Below, in pieces: positions 48,453-63,157 of a stretch of DNA of 64,000 bases. Where the stretch lies: positions 84,630,001-84,694,000 of the forward strand of contig NC_043001.1 in assembly GCF_006345805.1 (NCBI RefSeq). Reading direction: 5' to 3'. Below the pieces are notes generated by a model that was given only the letters and a program-made list of their open reading frames with translations, was not told where the DNA came from and made no database searches. Both the position numbers and the translations under genes were made by a program. The DNA is from Octopus sinensis. Its lineage: Eukaryota. Positions within the stretch are counted from its first letter, which is position 1. Each line of letters begins with the position of its first letter.

Positions 48453-48718
48453 GAAACCGGTTGAAGCGATCACACTTGTTCTGCTGATAGACTGAATGTA
48501 AAGATATTTCTTTACGTTTGCCTGTTGCAACCAATTACGATCCCAGTAACATACAACATGGTAAATTTATAGTTTTAAAAATGTACTACATACCGTTTCA
48601 ATGCTGAATTAATTGGCTTTGCTGCCAGCAATATGCTATTTAAGTATGTCATGATTTCCGATTTAGCATACTTTTAAATGTAGAGAATGGATATTGAGTG
48701 TATCCTAGGGCGAATAGT

Positions 48719-48762
48719 GGATTCTGATGAGCGTTCTACATAGCGTCGAAACTAGTTGGATC
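48719..48762 (+). ncRNA. Hammerhead-like motif, canonical core, poor helix I
   Basis: CTGATGA-gcgttctacatagcgtc-GAAA-ctag-TT; palindromic helix III ACTAGT. Confidence 0.4.
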
Positions 48763-49029
48763 GTATAAATGCTAGAAATTATGAGAAGCCACAGAATTAA
48801 TCTAAAACTGCGGTCAACGTGAAATGAAGCTAATGGAGCAACGTGAAATGAAGCTAATGGAGCAACGTGAAACGAAGTGTTTTGCTTAAAGACACAATGG
48901 TTAACCCAATCTGGGAATCGAATCCATGACCTAGCAATCGTGAGTGCAACAGCCTAGCCATTAGACCACGCTCCTTCACTACACACACACGCACGCACAC
49001 ACACACACACGCGCTCACACACACACACA

Positions 49030-49801
49030 TATATAAAGCAGGGTGTTTAGAAAAATATGTGCCTCAATTTTTTTATGGTTTTCAGGGTTTTGAATTATCA
49101 CAAAAATATACAAAATGAAATAGAGGAAATTGTAAACCTGGCAAATGAATTGAATCTGAACGTGTCGGCAAATGACGTAGATGAGTTGCTTCAATCCAAT
49201 AGTGTCGAACACATCAACAAAGAGCTTATTGAAGTGCAAGAGTATTGCAACAATAGAAGGGGATAAGGATACTGTCGATGAAACACCAGTTAATGTATTC
49301 ACGTTGAAAGGATACGCAGAAGCATTTCAACCTTTCGGAGCCTTGGAAATTTTTCAAGCACAAGATCCAAATTTTGATCGAAGTAGAAATAATTTCTGCT
49401 ACCATCACATATGCTTCTGCGTTTATAGAGAGAGAATAAAAGCTTCTTATAAGTAAAAAAGAAATCTAAAGTCCGTCTATGAGTGCTTGTGAGTCGGAGA
49501 TCGTGTCTACAAGTGATGGTGTGAACGAATCTAGTGCGAGTGAACGTGAATCAGAAAATGATTATAATAATAATATTTTTTATTATAAATGATCTTGATA
49601 TACTTTTATTTTATATAAAATATTCTGTACATTCTATTCTTGTTTTATTGCAATTTATTTACGAATATTATAAATTTTAATTGGAATGAATTACGATTTC
49701 TAAATATGCTATTATGAGAAATTATTGCTCTTCTCTACGAGTTTTCCCTTTACGAGTGGTCGCTGGGAACGAATTAGCCCGTATATCGAGGCATTTCTGT
49801 A
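49030..49801 (+). mobile_element. pogo/Tigger-like transposon 3' relic
   Basis: EIVNLANELNLNVSANDVDELLQS...KELIE acidic C-terminus; terminal ...CGAGGCATTTCTG|TA. Confidence 0.55.
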
Positions 49802-51619
49802 TTTAAAAAATTCAACTAGATTATGGATGGAAGACAACATATTACTTTAAAGTAGTCGCCCTCAGCTTCCACCACGGCCACAAGCAACTCAAGAACCCGG
49901 TGCATGCTTTTCTCACTGTGACTCTGGGAAGATCTTCAAAAACTACCTTGATTTCAGTCACCAGCTCCTAATCGTAAAATTATGGGATCGATTCCAGAAC
50001 CAAGTAGCACGTTGAGGTCTTAAGCAAGTCACTATATTCCACGCTGCTCTAGTCTACTCAACTTGAAATGGGTATCAACCCATTCCTGGTGTAAGGGCCG
50101 GATTAAGACCCATACAGGCCCTAAGCACTTAAAACCCATAAAAGCCCTTAGCACATAAAACATTTTGATGACTCCATATTTATTTCATTCAGAATATAAA
50201 CCATACTATAAACCTTAAAAGAAATTTTTATTTTCCAAATTGATACAAAACTATCAGTATACTTACCTTTATATTTGAAAAGTTTCCACCTACATTTTTT
50301 GATTGCAAAGTCTTTTATCAGATCTTCCCTATGTTACCATGAACACTTCGAAATAATATATCGATTATATAAACTTCTCTCAATATCATTTTAGCAAATT
50401 TAAAGTGATTTCTTTTGGGCCGTTTTAAACACGATTTTAAATCCTTAACCATTTCTGTGGCACCCTCTCCTCTTGATCCCTGAAACACGTGCTTATTTTG
50501 CTTAATGGTTAACCCAGTGGTTGCTGGTGCCGCTCATTCACCTTCCACCTGTCAGATCATCGATGTTCCACCAGACCAAAGATGGTGGTGGTGGAGGTGG
50601 TGCTTGGGGTAAGAGGACGATCGGTATGCTGTTCATACCTACTCGTGACTGTATAGGTTCAAATAGAATCGACGAAATCGTGATGCCAACTACCAGGTCA
50701 CACTCATTTGCGAGCAACAGCCAACCATTCGTCCATTCTATCAATATTGTCAAATACGTGACAGGCATGCCGATACTGTTATATGTATATATATATATGT
50801 ATGTATAATCTGGCCTGCTCGCTTAGCCAGCGGGGTGGCGTCATTTGAAAGCTAAAACAATGCGAAGCGCATTGTGACCAGCGATGTGTAGCAACATCTG
50901 ATAGCCTGGTTGGCCACGGTGATCACGGTGATATATATGTATATATATATATATATATAATCAGATCAACTGAACAGAAATTTAGTTTCTAATTCTAACA
51001 GGTCAACTGTCGCTATATTTAGCAAAATGACAATCCTGTCAAGTAGACTAATGATAAGAGGTAGCCAGCCAAATATCGAAATATCATTCGGATTGTGGAA
51101 AGGACCTTCTTTTTTGAAACAGTATGTGATTTAAGGGGGATTTGGTTGTTCTTAGCAGATCGTCTGATTACGTAGAAGTTCCCTTGTAAATTCTGTGGAC
51201 TCGCCTTGGCTCTGTATGTTACAGCTGATGTTGTTGCTGTTATTTTTCTCGTTGTTATTGCTCTTGTTTTGCTCCAAGCCACTTCTGACTCATTAGAATA
51301 TTCATTTATGGCGATTCCGTTTACTTCTTTACTCTTTTTGAATTTTTACTGACATAGTATAATTTAATACTCTGACAGTTGATTTTAATTTGATGGGGAC
51401 TTGGCTGTTATTTCTAACATGACTAGAGACGTAAAAAGGCAACGAAGCAACTGAGCTTTACAATTTTTTTGTCTGCCAGTCACGTAAGATCAATGTGAAG
51501 GTATTAGTTTACAGAAGAAGTGAACCTTATTATTTATACATATACATATATACAAACAGACAGGCATACACACACATGTATATATATACATACATACACA
51601 TATATATATATATGTGTGT

Positions 51620-51651
<32 letters not shown>

Positions 51652-51680
51652 CTGTCTGTCTGTCTGTATATATATATATT

Positions 51681-52070
51681 AAAAATCAACGAAAATGCAT
51701 ATTGTAGATATAAAAAGGCTATTTATGACAGGTAGTGACAAATATATACATTTAGAGTATTACTAGTCAAAAAGGTCATTATTATTGATGATTATAAGAA
51801 GTTAATAATAATAATAATACGGTAAGAGACTGAAACGAACCAATTGGTTTTGGGCGTTAGCTATTCATCGTTTTGGATGAACGATGAATAGCTAAGGCGA
51901 TAACCAATTGGTTCGTTTCAGTCTCTTACCGTATTATTATTATTATTAACTTCTTATAATCATCAATAATAATGACCTTTTTGACTAGTAATACTCTAAA
52001 TGTATATATTTGTCACTACCTGTCATAAATAGCCTTTTTATATCTACAATATGCATTTTCGTTGATTTTT
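51681..52070. repeat. Large near-perfect palindrome (169-bp outer arms, 16-bp inner arms, 7-nt loop)
   Basis: 51681-51849 vs 51902-52070; 51857-51872 vs 51880-51895. Confidence 0.92.
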
Positions 52071-52140
52071 GATATTTTACCCTTACATTTTCACGTGTAT
52101 TTTTTTTTTTCAAAACATATTGCTATTATTATTTTTATAT

Positions 52141-52174
<34 letters not shown>

Positions 52175-52407
52175 ATATATATATATTATAATATATATAT
52201 ATATTATATATTATATATATACACATACATATATATATATAGTCTCAAAGCGACGAAAATATTTTGGCAAATTAAATTCAAATGCTGAAGTGAATCTAAC
52301 GGTTTTTGTGTGTTTTTAAATGGCTTATAAACACTTTCCAAGCTGCAGTTGTTTTTGTTTTAGCACACGATCTCAGATCAAGTCACTTGTTATGCAAGTA
52401 CATCTCC

Positions 52408-52470
<63 letters not shown>

Positions 52471-52815
52471 TATATATATATATATATAAAAAATAATAAT
52501 AGCAATAAGTTAAAAACACATAATAAATACACAAACAAACGGAAGACAGACACAGAGGGTCACCAACACCTCATCAGTCATGGGGCATATGGTCAAGCAC
52601 AATTTCGTGCCTTACTGGTGTAGATTGTGATCAAGAGGTTTAATAGGGCCACTTTTTCTGGAGGTATTGTTACTGATCAAACGTACCTTCACACGCAACG
52701 TACGTCCATTTTACCTGCCATACATGCACTTTATGGAACTGATGAAATTTTCTTTCAGCAAGGTGGTGTAAGTTAAGTTGTGTTAAGTTAAGCTAAGTTA
52801 AGCTCGACTTTTATT

Positions 52816-53195
52816 CTCTAGAAAAACGACGACGCCGTGGTGATCTCATTCTTGCTCACAACATCATAAGCGGAAAGTGTAACCTCTCGAAAGAGCTGTT
52901 CTTCACTCCTGCTCCAGAACGTTGACTGCGCGGTCATTCCGAAAAGCTCTATCTGCGACGATTTCATCTCAATCGAAGGAGAGGGGCTTTCTCCGTCCGG
53001 GTTGCGGATGCGTGGAATAAGCTGCCGGACGAGATAGTGAAGATGCCGACGACCGCTCGGTTCAAAGTCTCCCTTGACCACAAATGGCCTGAACTCTTTG
53101 CATGAACATCACCCTGTACATAATTCCATGTCCCCCTACATGGCCTTGCTTTTTGCTTTTTGAGGTCAAAAATTAACTTAACTTAACTTAACTTA
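52816..53195 (+). mobile_element. CR1-like LINE 3' fragment with (AACTT)n tail
   Basis: LEKRRRRGDLILAHNII...FSVRVADAWNKLPDEIV...FKVSLD. Confidence 0.85.
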
Positions 53196-53288
53196 AAATA
53201 TTTCTACCACCTTTCTTTCCCTGAAGTAAGTATACGTTGTTTTGGCAAACTCTCTCTCTCTCTCTCTCTCTCCCTCTCTCTCTCTCTC

Positions 53289-53329
<41 letters not shown>

Positions 53330-53345
53330 TCTCTCTCTCTCTCTC

Positions 53346-53392
<47 letters not shown>

Positions 53393-55735
53393 GTGTGTGT
53401 GTGTGTCTATTATTTGCCCTTACTTGATTGATGTTTACGTTGTTTTGGCTCCACTTTTTGGCAGCCCCATTATTCCTTTCTCCACAGTACCTGAAACCTT
53501 GGGAGACAGTTTAATCTGTTACGACGACCCCTTGTTCAACTAGCACTTATTGTATCAACCCTGATATGATGAAATGGAAAGTCGACCTCGGTGGAATATG
53601 AACTCAGAGCAAAGACACGATGTGCCACTACGCATTTTATCAGGCGCGCTAATGTTTCTGCTACCTCACTACATACCAGGTTCATTAAACATCTTTAGGT
53701 ATTCTAGTTAGAAGCCCTTTCAGCGGCACAAACAATTCGACAGCCAATTGACAATGTCGTTTGAGCTTCTGATAAAATTTCTTATAGTATTTATTCCGGA
53801 TCCCAGCACTCTGAGTTCAGATTCTGTGCATTTTATCATTTCGAAACTAAGAAATGATGTATCAGGTGGAGGGATTAGAGAACTTTGTGGAGAACCGGTC
53901 GGAAAGTATCCTTTCTGATTCCTCGTGTCCTCTCATCAACACCTACGATGGCATTGCTGCCAAACTATATTAACCCTTTTTAAGCGTGTTACTTATTCTA
54001 TCAGACTATTTTGCCGAACCGAAAAGTTACGGGGACGTAAACAAACCAACTCTCGTTGTCAAGCAGTGGGATGATAAACACAAAGACACACACACACATA
54101 GACATATGTCAATGCAAGGAACATCTTTGACTTTCCATCTACTAAATCTACTCACAAGGACTTGGTTGGCCTGGAGTTATAGTAAACCCACTTTCCCAAG
54201 ATGCTGCCCAGGGGAAATGAGCCCGGAAACATGTAGTTGGCAAGCGAACTACTTACTACACAACCACATACCACTTAGACCAGCATCATGGACAGGAACG
54301 TCTCAGCTGCAAATTTGCAATCCCAGGAAATAGCAGATGCCTAGGATATAGGCATTAATTACTGGAGCTCAACAATGTTTTTCTCTTCATTAAGGGAAAT
54401 TTAAACTGAGTAAATATTGTTTGAGTTCACTGCATTAAATAAGGCGAAATGGTAGAATGGTAGAGCTTCGGTTAGAATGTTTGCTTAGACTCTCTACGTT
54501 CTGAATTCAGATTCCGAACGTAGCCTTTCTTAACCTTTCTGCACTTGGGAGTCTATAATTCAGGGTAACAGAAGATAGCCAGACACTATGACGTTCCTGC
54601 TCTTACTGTTTATGTGGAAGATTTAATCTATCGCGCAGTTTAACACTACCTAGCTCCCTGGATTCCTTTTACGGAGTCCACTTTGTTGCAAGTATTTGGG
54701 CTTGATCTGTTGCTGGAAGACATTTTCCCTCCCTTCCTCACTTCTTTCCATCAGTCACAAAGTCCCTTTAAAAAGAAATAGGCATTGCGTTGTCTCCCCT
54801 CTATAAGATATGTCAGCTTCCACTTAGATACATGATCTTTATGCGGAACGCAAATCCAGACAATGTTATCTCATTATCTTAAGTTGTATTATAACAGCAA
54901 TATGGCAGAATAGTCAGCGCGCCGAACATAATACTTAAAAGCATTCCGGCCTTCTCGTTCTGAATACAAATTCCACCGACGTCGACCTAGCCTTTCATCC
55001 CTTCAAAGTAAAAAAAAAAAATAAGTACTAGTCAAGCACTGGAGTCGGTGTAATTGCTTTCCTTCACCCCCACAAAAAAAAACAAAAAAACTGCGGGGCC
55101 TGTAGCAAAATCTGAAACCATTATTTTTAGTTGCATTATGACGATGAATTGGCAAAATAGAACGTCGGACAAAATGTTTAGCAGTTTTTCTTCTTGTTCG
55201 TTACGTTCCGTTTTCAAATACCACCAACGTAAATGTTGCTTTTCATCCTTTCTTGGTCGATGATTCTAACGTTTATGTTTATGTTTGTGGCCAATTCCTC
55301 TGCTAGAAACACCTGGAAATTTTGCCTCAATCTTCACCATAATCTTGAAAATGAAAGGCGATATTGAATATTGTAATTATAGTAAAATATGACAGGATGG
55401 TCATAACTGGAATGATTTTGATCATAGATTTATTTCATTAGACATTAAGCGTGGCTAAAGTTTTGTTCCGTGTGGCACATTATATACTGATACATACACC
55501 ACACACTGAAGGGTTCAGAAGCTTGCTTCCCAACCACATAGTTCCGGGTCCAGTCGTACTGTGTGGCTCCTTCAGTAAATGTCTTCTACTATGACCTCGA
55601 GTCAACCAAACACTTGTGAATGGATTTATTAGACGGAAACTGAAAGGAGCCCTTCGCGTCGTATATATGCATGCATGTATGTATGTATGTATGTATGTAT
55701 GTATGTATGTATGTATATATATGTATGTATGCATC

Positions 55736-55766
<31 letters not shown>

Positions 55767-56748
55767 ATGTGTGTGTGTGTCTTTATGTATGTCTTTATGT
55801 CTGCGTTTGTACACATGACCGTTTGACACCGGTGTTGGCTTGTTTAGCGGTTCAGGAAAAGGATAACAACAGAATATGCACTGCGTTTCGAAAAAGAATG
55901 ACCTACGGTCAATTCCTTCGACTAAAATACTCCAAAGCGTTGCCCCAGCATGGCCATAATTGAAAGTTATACTTCCACATTACACAAAATATCTTAATTT
56001 TTTTGTATAATTGTTAATAATACTTAATGATAAAAATATAATGGGGATCTTTTTCGTATCATCGAATGACTAGAAGGTTCCAACAGAACAAAACAAGAAT
56101 CAAAGAGGACCTTAGGTAAAAAGCAGAGTGGTTTAAAGCCTCCGGACTGGACTATTCAAGGTGGTGCCCCAGTATGGCCGCAGTCCAAATACTGAAACAA
56201 ATGAAAGAGACAAAAGCGATATGCCCGCGCACTCACGCACACATACGCACACACATGCATACGTACACACATGTATACACACACACACACAGACAGACAC
56301 ACACACACTCACACACCACACCAAACACACTGACCGTCACACAGACCGATACACATGGTTGCATTTAGATTGGACTCTTCCATTCTGTGGTAGCAATATT
56401 TTCGCTTGTCACTCACTCTCTCCTTCATTGTTCCACTCACTTTCTCCCTCTTTCTTTCTCTCTTTAAACTAATAGTATGTCATACTTTATCACTTCCACT
56501 TTACATATCTTCTCTCACACTTCACTCTCTTGCTCTCTTTTTCTCTTTCTTCTCCCCTTTTTATATGTATTTATATATATATATATAAGTGTGTGTGTGT
56601 GTGAATGTGTATATATATAAGTATGTGTGTGAATGTATGTATATATATATATATATTTATACATGCCTCCCCCACATATAATTATATATATATATATATG
56701 TATACATACAATATGTATGTGTATGTGCGTATACTTATATATTTGTAA

Positions 56749-56804
<56 letters not shown>

Positions 56805-57407
56805 TCTAGTCATACACACACTTGCACACACACTCTTTCTTTCTTTCTTTCTTTCTTTCACTCTCACTCTCTTTCTATCTCTCTCACTTAATTTCTCTTT
56901 CTCTCCACTGCTTATTCAGCTCTCCTCTCCTATTCTGTCATCTCTCTCCTTCCTCCTTCTTCCCACTCTCCTTTCAATTTATCTCCCCCCTCTCTCTCAC
57001 ACTATTTCCCTTTAGTTCGTCACTTCTCAGAAAATACACTTTTTTCCGTAGTCACCCACTCATATGAACTCTTTCTTTCTCACTCTATTTCTCTCTCTCT
57101 CTCTCTCTTTCTTTCACTTTCTTAGAATTCTGTTTGTGTCTCTTTATTTCCTGCCCTTTTCCCATTTTCTCTGCCAACTCTTCACACAGACACATACATA
57201 CATTATCTCATACACACGCACACATATATATACACGCATAAATACTGACAATCTTACACGTATTCATTCATACACGTGCTTGCACACTCTCAGTGTCATT
57301 CATTGAAACGTACCCCCTGACACACACAGACACACTTACCCCCACACAGACACACATACATACTCATTTATACACACAAACCGAGAATTGATTGAGCTAA
57401 TTTAATA

Positions 57408-57448
57408 TGACTCACACACATTGGCCGACTCCTGTATCTGTATATATA
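57408..57448 (+). promoter_or_regulatory. AP-1 site plus TATA box of S-crystallin gene 2
   Basis: TGACTCA at 57408-57414 and TATATATA at 57441-57448, 130 nt upstream of the ATG; AP-1 just upstream of TATA is described for squid S-crystallin promoters. Confidence 0.65.
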
Positions 57449-57555
57449 TCAGATCCAAGATTCTGTGAAACAGTTTCCAAATTTGTTTTGTCTTCGACTT
57501 AAATTTTCGCTACTGTTTGCTCTACGGTCTCAAATAATTTTCAACGGACCTTTAA

Positions 57556-57705
<150 letters not shown>

Positions 57706-59428
57706 TAGTATTGGAACTTTCCTTCACTATTTATTCTTGATCCTAATTCCTCTACATAATCTCAACACCGTCTCGTATTCTTTACATTCCTTTTTTTCTA
57801 TTCTTTTGCTACTTCTACTCCAGCTTCTTCTTCTTCTTCTCAATTTTTTTGGATACTACTCCCTACACTTTGAGTTCAGCCCCAACTGATATAAACTTCT
57901 ACTCTCTACTCTTTGTTCGATAAAAGTTTCCTACCAATCGAGGGCAATGCATTGGCTAAACTACATGAACTGCAAGAATGTCGGTCCAGATACCTTGTGG
58001 TATTTGTTCCGTTTCTTTCAGTTCTAAGTTGAAATTCTCACTCATAGCTCCTACATAAATGGTAGATTTATATCTGTCACATGTCTAAAATGTCCCAGGC
58101 ACACCGTATCCAACAACAGCGCCCCAGTGACTAAATAAGATGTTGAAATATCCACCAGAGTTCAATGCTAGAAGATTCACTAAGCCGGTTTTAGTTTATC
58201 TGTCCTGGTTGTGGGTATACCTTGGCACGCCGGCTAATGGCTCTTCTAATATCCGTTCTAACTCTATCACCAGGTCTGCCATTAGCAGATTTCACTCCGT
58301 TGCAAGGAACAGCTCCAAGTTCCAGTTTGAGGATACCTTACCTATCTAACTTTCTCCCATCAGTCTTGGAGTCCTTTATAAGGCCATAGGCACAAAGTTT
58401 TCTCTTGACTAATCGATACGTAAAAATAAGTACCAACCTTATATTGAATTCCGTTAAACTGATTCTATACATACTCCGAACATTTGTAGCTTTTACACGT
58501 TTTAGAAACAGTTACTTTTGTTAATGTGCCGTCTAATTCCTTGCGTAGAGAAAACGGAATAGGCATTCTTTGTTTGGAACAGTAGTTCTCAACAGGAGTC
58601 TATATGGTCCTTGAGGGTCTGTATAAGATTTTGGGTAATTCAGGCAAAAAAATACTAAACTGAGGATCCACAACAGTATTTTAAGGGCCTCTGAAAATAT
58701 TTTGCTTTAGATGTATTTATTAATAGGTATTGCAAGAAACAACTAGGTTTCTTTTTGCAACGTTTTACGTAGTTCAAACTACACAAGTTAAGGTGAGAGA
58801 AAAAAAAAGAAATTTTGAAAGAAGTTTCTAAGGAACTAATTTTTAAACATCGGATGACTATGGGGGTCCACCAGAATAAAATAATAATCAAAAGGGTCCG
58901 TAGATAAAAAATGATCAAGAACCTCTTGTTTAGAAGTTACGGTGGAAAAACTCGCGCAGTAGACACAGTTGAACATTTTCAAGGTAGAAGTTATCTCTTC
59001 ATGCCAAGCATTGATCAGATTCAAGTACCAATTGAAGAATAAGATAAGAGTAGAAAGTGCAATACCTTCCAGGAAATTTATTTTAAAAAACGGTTCAATA
59101 GCGGAACCGGCACGGCTAAATGCGTTTGCAAAATATATGGTTGTAAGCTGACAGTAAGATATTTGGGCATTGACGTGTCAAAGTAACCAAAAGTTTTGCG
59201 TTGGGACCCCTAATGACGCTATGTCGTTGGTACTCCATTTTAATGATCCATTATTGCTGTTTTGTTTATGTGTACTATTATTTCTGTTTATTAATGTCTT
59301 TATTGTTTTGTTCTACTAAACAGTTGTACTTAGTATAAATCATCTCCATGTTTCTTGCGTATTCATCTCTTTCGTAACTCGCCATTGTACAGTTGCTAAA
59401 ATGTAGGGCCATTGCGGCAAATTAAAAA

Positions 59429-59491
<63 letters not shown>

Positions 59492-59492
<1 letters not shown>

Positions 59493-60040
59493 GAGTGAGA
59501 GAGCAGTGAATGCCATCAAAGTGACAATGGGGTAAAATATACGAAACCCAGTATACCCATCATGATAACCGTCATAAGAGTAAGCCAGGCACATGCATCG
59601 CAACCATATGCGCGAGACATGGTGATCTCATATCAAGACAAACAGCACATGACCTTGCAGGTGGGATCCAGTTAAAATTTTCTTCTGGTCGAGTAACCCA
59701 TCCTGCTCAAAAGGTCCCTGAATAAGGGTTGTTTAAGAATGTTGAATGAAACACCCATGTTTCCAGGGGTGAATTATTCAAACCCCAAAGAATCCCTCTC
59801 AACACATGGCTACGATGCTCCCCCACTGCTTCTGCTCGTGATCAGAGATGCACATATCGTCAGCCTCTAAGGGACATGCTCAACTGGTTAAGGTCAAACA
59901 ACTGACAAGCAAATCTGTGGTATTGAGCAGAATATTTGCTGTAGCCCATCTTTTATACCAAGACAAAAGAATGTATGTGATAACACTTCCAATCAGTTAA
60001 GATCAGAAGCCACGGGAGCCAGTGCCTGGTACTGCATCAG
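59492..60040 (-). mobile_element. Second copy of the 9059-9612 repeat
   Basis: Colinear high identity, again abutting an (ATT)n tract. Confidence 0.7.
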
Positions 60041-60062
60041 TATTATCATTATTATTATATTA

Positions 60063-60126
<64 letters not shown>

Positions 60127-60347
60127 TATTATTATTATTATTATATTATTATTATTATTATTATTATTATTATCAAGAAGGCAGTGAGCTAGCAGGAATA
60201 TTTAGCGGCATTTCGTTCGTCTTTACGATGTTCTGCTTAGGTCATCTATGCATTTTATCCGTTCGGGGTTGATAAAATAAGTACCAATTGCGCACGTGGT
60301 CGATGTAATCGATTTCGCTACCCACCAGAATTGGTGGCCTGGTAAAA

Positions 60348-60382
<35 letters not shown>

Positions 60383-61538
60383 AGATGACGAGCTGTAACA
60401 CCGTTCGCGCGATGCACAAAATGCTTAGAGTTATTTGTTCCTGCTCTTTGCGCTATGAGCTCAAATACATTACCTTTTATCGTTTAAAGGTCGATGGAAA
60501 AAGTACCAGTTGAGATTGAGATCTGGGGTCGATGTAATCGACTTACTCTCTTCCCAGAAATTGCTGCCTTTGTATCAAAATTTGATACCAATATATATGC
60601 ATTCTAAAGCAGCGAGCTGGTAGAATCGTTAGCACGCCTGTCAAAACGCCTAGTTGCAGTTCGCCTGTTTTTTATGCTCTGAGTTCAAATACCGTTGAGG
60701 TCGATAAAATAAGTATCAGATGTAATCGATTTCTTCTTCCCCGAAATATGTGTAAGTGATGTTATGTGTATTAGAACTGCGTCAGAAAGTAGAAGCTTGT
60801 CGGCTTTTAACTTATTCACGCATGACTGATTATTGCCAGCATATTTCCTTATGAAAGCTTGACGTTATTGAAGTCCATTCGTCAGAAAAATTCTATAACT
60901 TTTCTCCTATAGTCTCCCCATCTCGCACAAATACAGACACGCAAACTCCATAAGTGTATGTATTATGTATAATTTATCCATCTCTTTATCCACACACACA
61001 CACATCTATTATTCGATAGAGAAATGAGAAATGTTATGAGAATACTTGACATAAAAATGTAGAAATATGAAAGAACAAGCCTAGAATGTGAACAATGGAA
61101 AATACCACAGATTAAAGAAATAGAAGAGGACCAAACGTTACAGATTATAACTTTTATTAGAGAGAAGTGAAAGTCATAAGAGAAAAAAGAAATCGAAGGG
61201 ATTCAGAATTTATGGTATTGCTTTACATTGCATGCGGAGCATAAAAGGTTGTAGCGAATGGGATGTTGAGGTCACAATCTGGTATGTAGTGAGAGCAACT
61301 ATGGTGAAATAAGTTGAGGGATCGAGTAAGGGAATGTGGAAAGGAGGAAGAAGAAGGGAAACAGGGAGAAGACGAGCAAAGGAAGGAAAAAAGGAGTGAA
61401 CTTTGGGTAACTGAAATATTGGCGTGCATATGTGCTTATGTGCATACAATATTCATTCTTTCAATGGAAGTTGTTTTAAGAATATGTATGCATGGGTGTG
61501 CGCTCGCGCGCGTGTATGTATATATATATATATATATC

Positions 61539-61573
<35 letters not shown>

Positions 61574-61764
61574 GAGAGAGAGAGAGATGCATACATACAA
61601 AACATGCACACACATATATATATGCATACATATATATATATATATACATGTGTGGGTGCATGTATGTATATGTGTAAAAATCAATATACGTAAAGAAGCG
61701 AACACGTGCACAAACATCCAAATATAAGCACATACGTACGCATATACATAGATACAAACACACA

Positions 61765-61811
<47 letters not shown>

Positions 61812-63038
61812 TATATAAAATCCGTTCTGTTTGTCTGTGTGTGTGTGGCTTCTAGGATATTGGGCATCCTCCATCCGATTGCGCTCAAATTTGATGTGTA
61901 GATACCAACGGTATCAGGGGGTGAATAAGTCATGAAAAAATTACAAAAATCGATTCCAGGTGAGAATGCGATCGATAAAGCCATGGGAAATCGTTTTTCT
62001 TTAGAATAGAAAAAAGTCTATCTTTATTTCTTCTTTTGTTGATGTCTCAAATTTAGCTTAAATCAGTGTTTCTCAAAGGGGAGGCCTATGGGACGGTCGG
62101 ACAAGTTGTTTTGAGAAAATTTGGTTTAAATGTTTGACAACTCAGCACCATCCATTGGACGGGCAGCGTTTTGCGCGTATACATACATACATACGTACAT
62201 ACATACATACATAGATGTTTGTGTGTAGATGAATACGCGTAAAATGTATGATGTATTCATATATCCCAACATTGACCATATAGTCGGCAGAGAAGGAATT
62301 CGAACACAGTAATATACATATATTTGTGCAGGTGAGATGCATGGTATATGCATATATGTTGATTTCAATGGGAAATGGTGCATGTATATAGATATATTTA
62401 TATATCATACTATCCTATTCTCCAATTACCTTTTTATGCCCAGCCTGCAATGTAAATAGACTTCGTAAAGTTGGTATCGTTTCTCTTTCTCTTTCTTTAA
62501 CAATTCTTATCCCTTTTACATCTCTTTGTTAAAGGGTATAAATTTAAACGTTAGAACCACTTCCATTAATTCAAACTGGTATTCCTTTTTGCACTGCATG
62601 ACTGTTATTGATTCATTTCTTGCGTCTACCATTGTCTTCCATTCGATTTTTACTTCTTTAACTTTATGCTATTAATTTATGTATAAGTGTATGTGAATGT
62701 TTGTGTGTGTGTTTGTGTGTATATGTTTCTTTGTATGTGCTTGTAAATGTATGAGTGTGCGTGTGCACTATACATTTTTAACAAGTTCATGTAGACTCGC
62801 ACTTGATAAGACATTACGCTGCAAGAGCAGTCTCGGTAGATAACTCTCCTGATAAGCAATATGTTTGAAAACACATCATGGAACCTAGTGTACACGACCA
62901 TATTATATATCATTGTACACAGATATGCTTCATTTAACGCTACTTCGTGCTCTTCCACTCAATAAATTCCAGACTGACCAAGCTTTATGCACATTAACAA
63001 ATGTACACGCTGTTCTTAAACTCACACAAACATATTTT

Positions 63039-63081
<43 letters not shown>

Positions 63082-63107
63082 TATGAATATATATATACAC
63101 ATATATA

Positions 63108-63157
<50 letters not shown>

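Noticed and set aside
52670-52710. Additional hammerhead-like traces (also ~26505-26555 and ~34738-34770)
   Set aside because: Two or more core positions are broken and helices are weak; not supportable by eye
61809-62000. Possible second Helitron 5' end
   Set aside because: TC start and typical leader are present, but no matching hairpin-CTAG 3' end could be assigned
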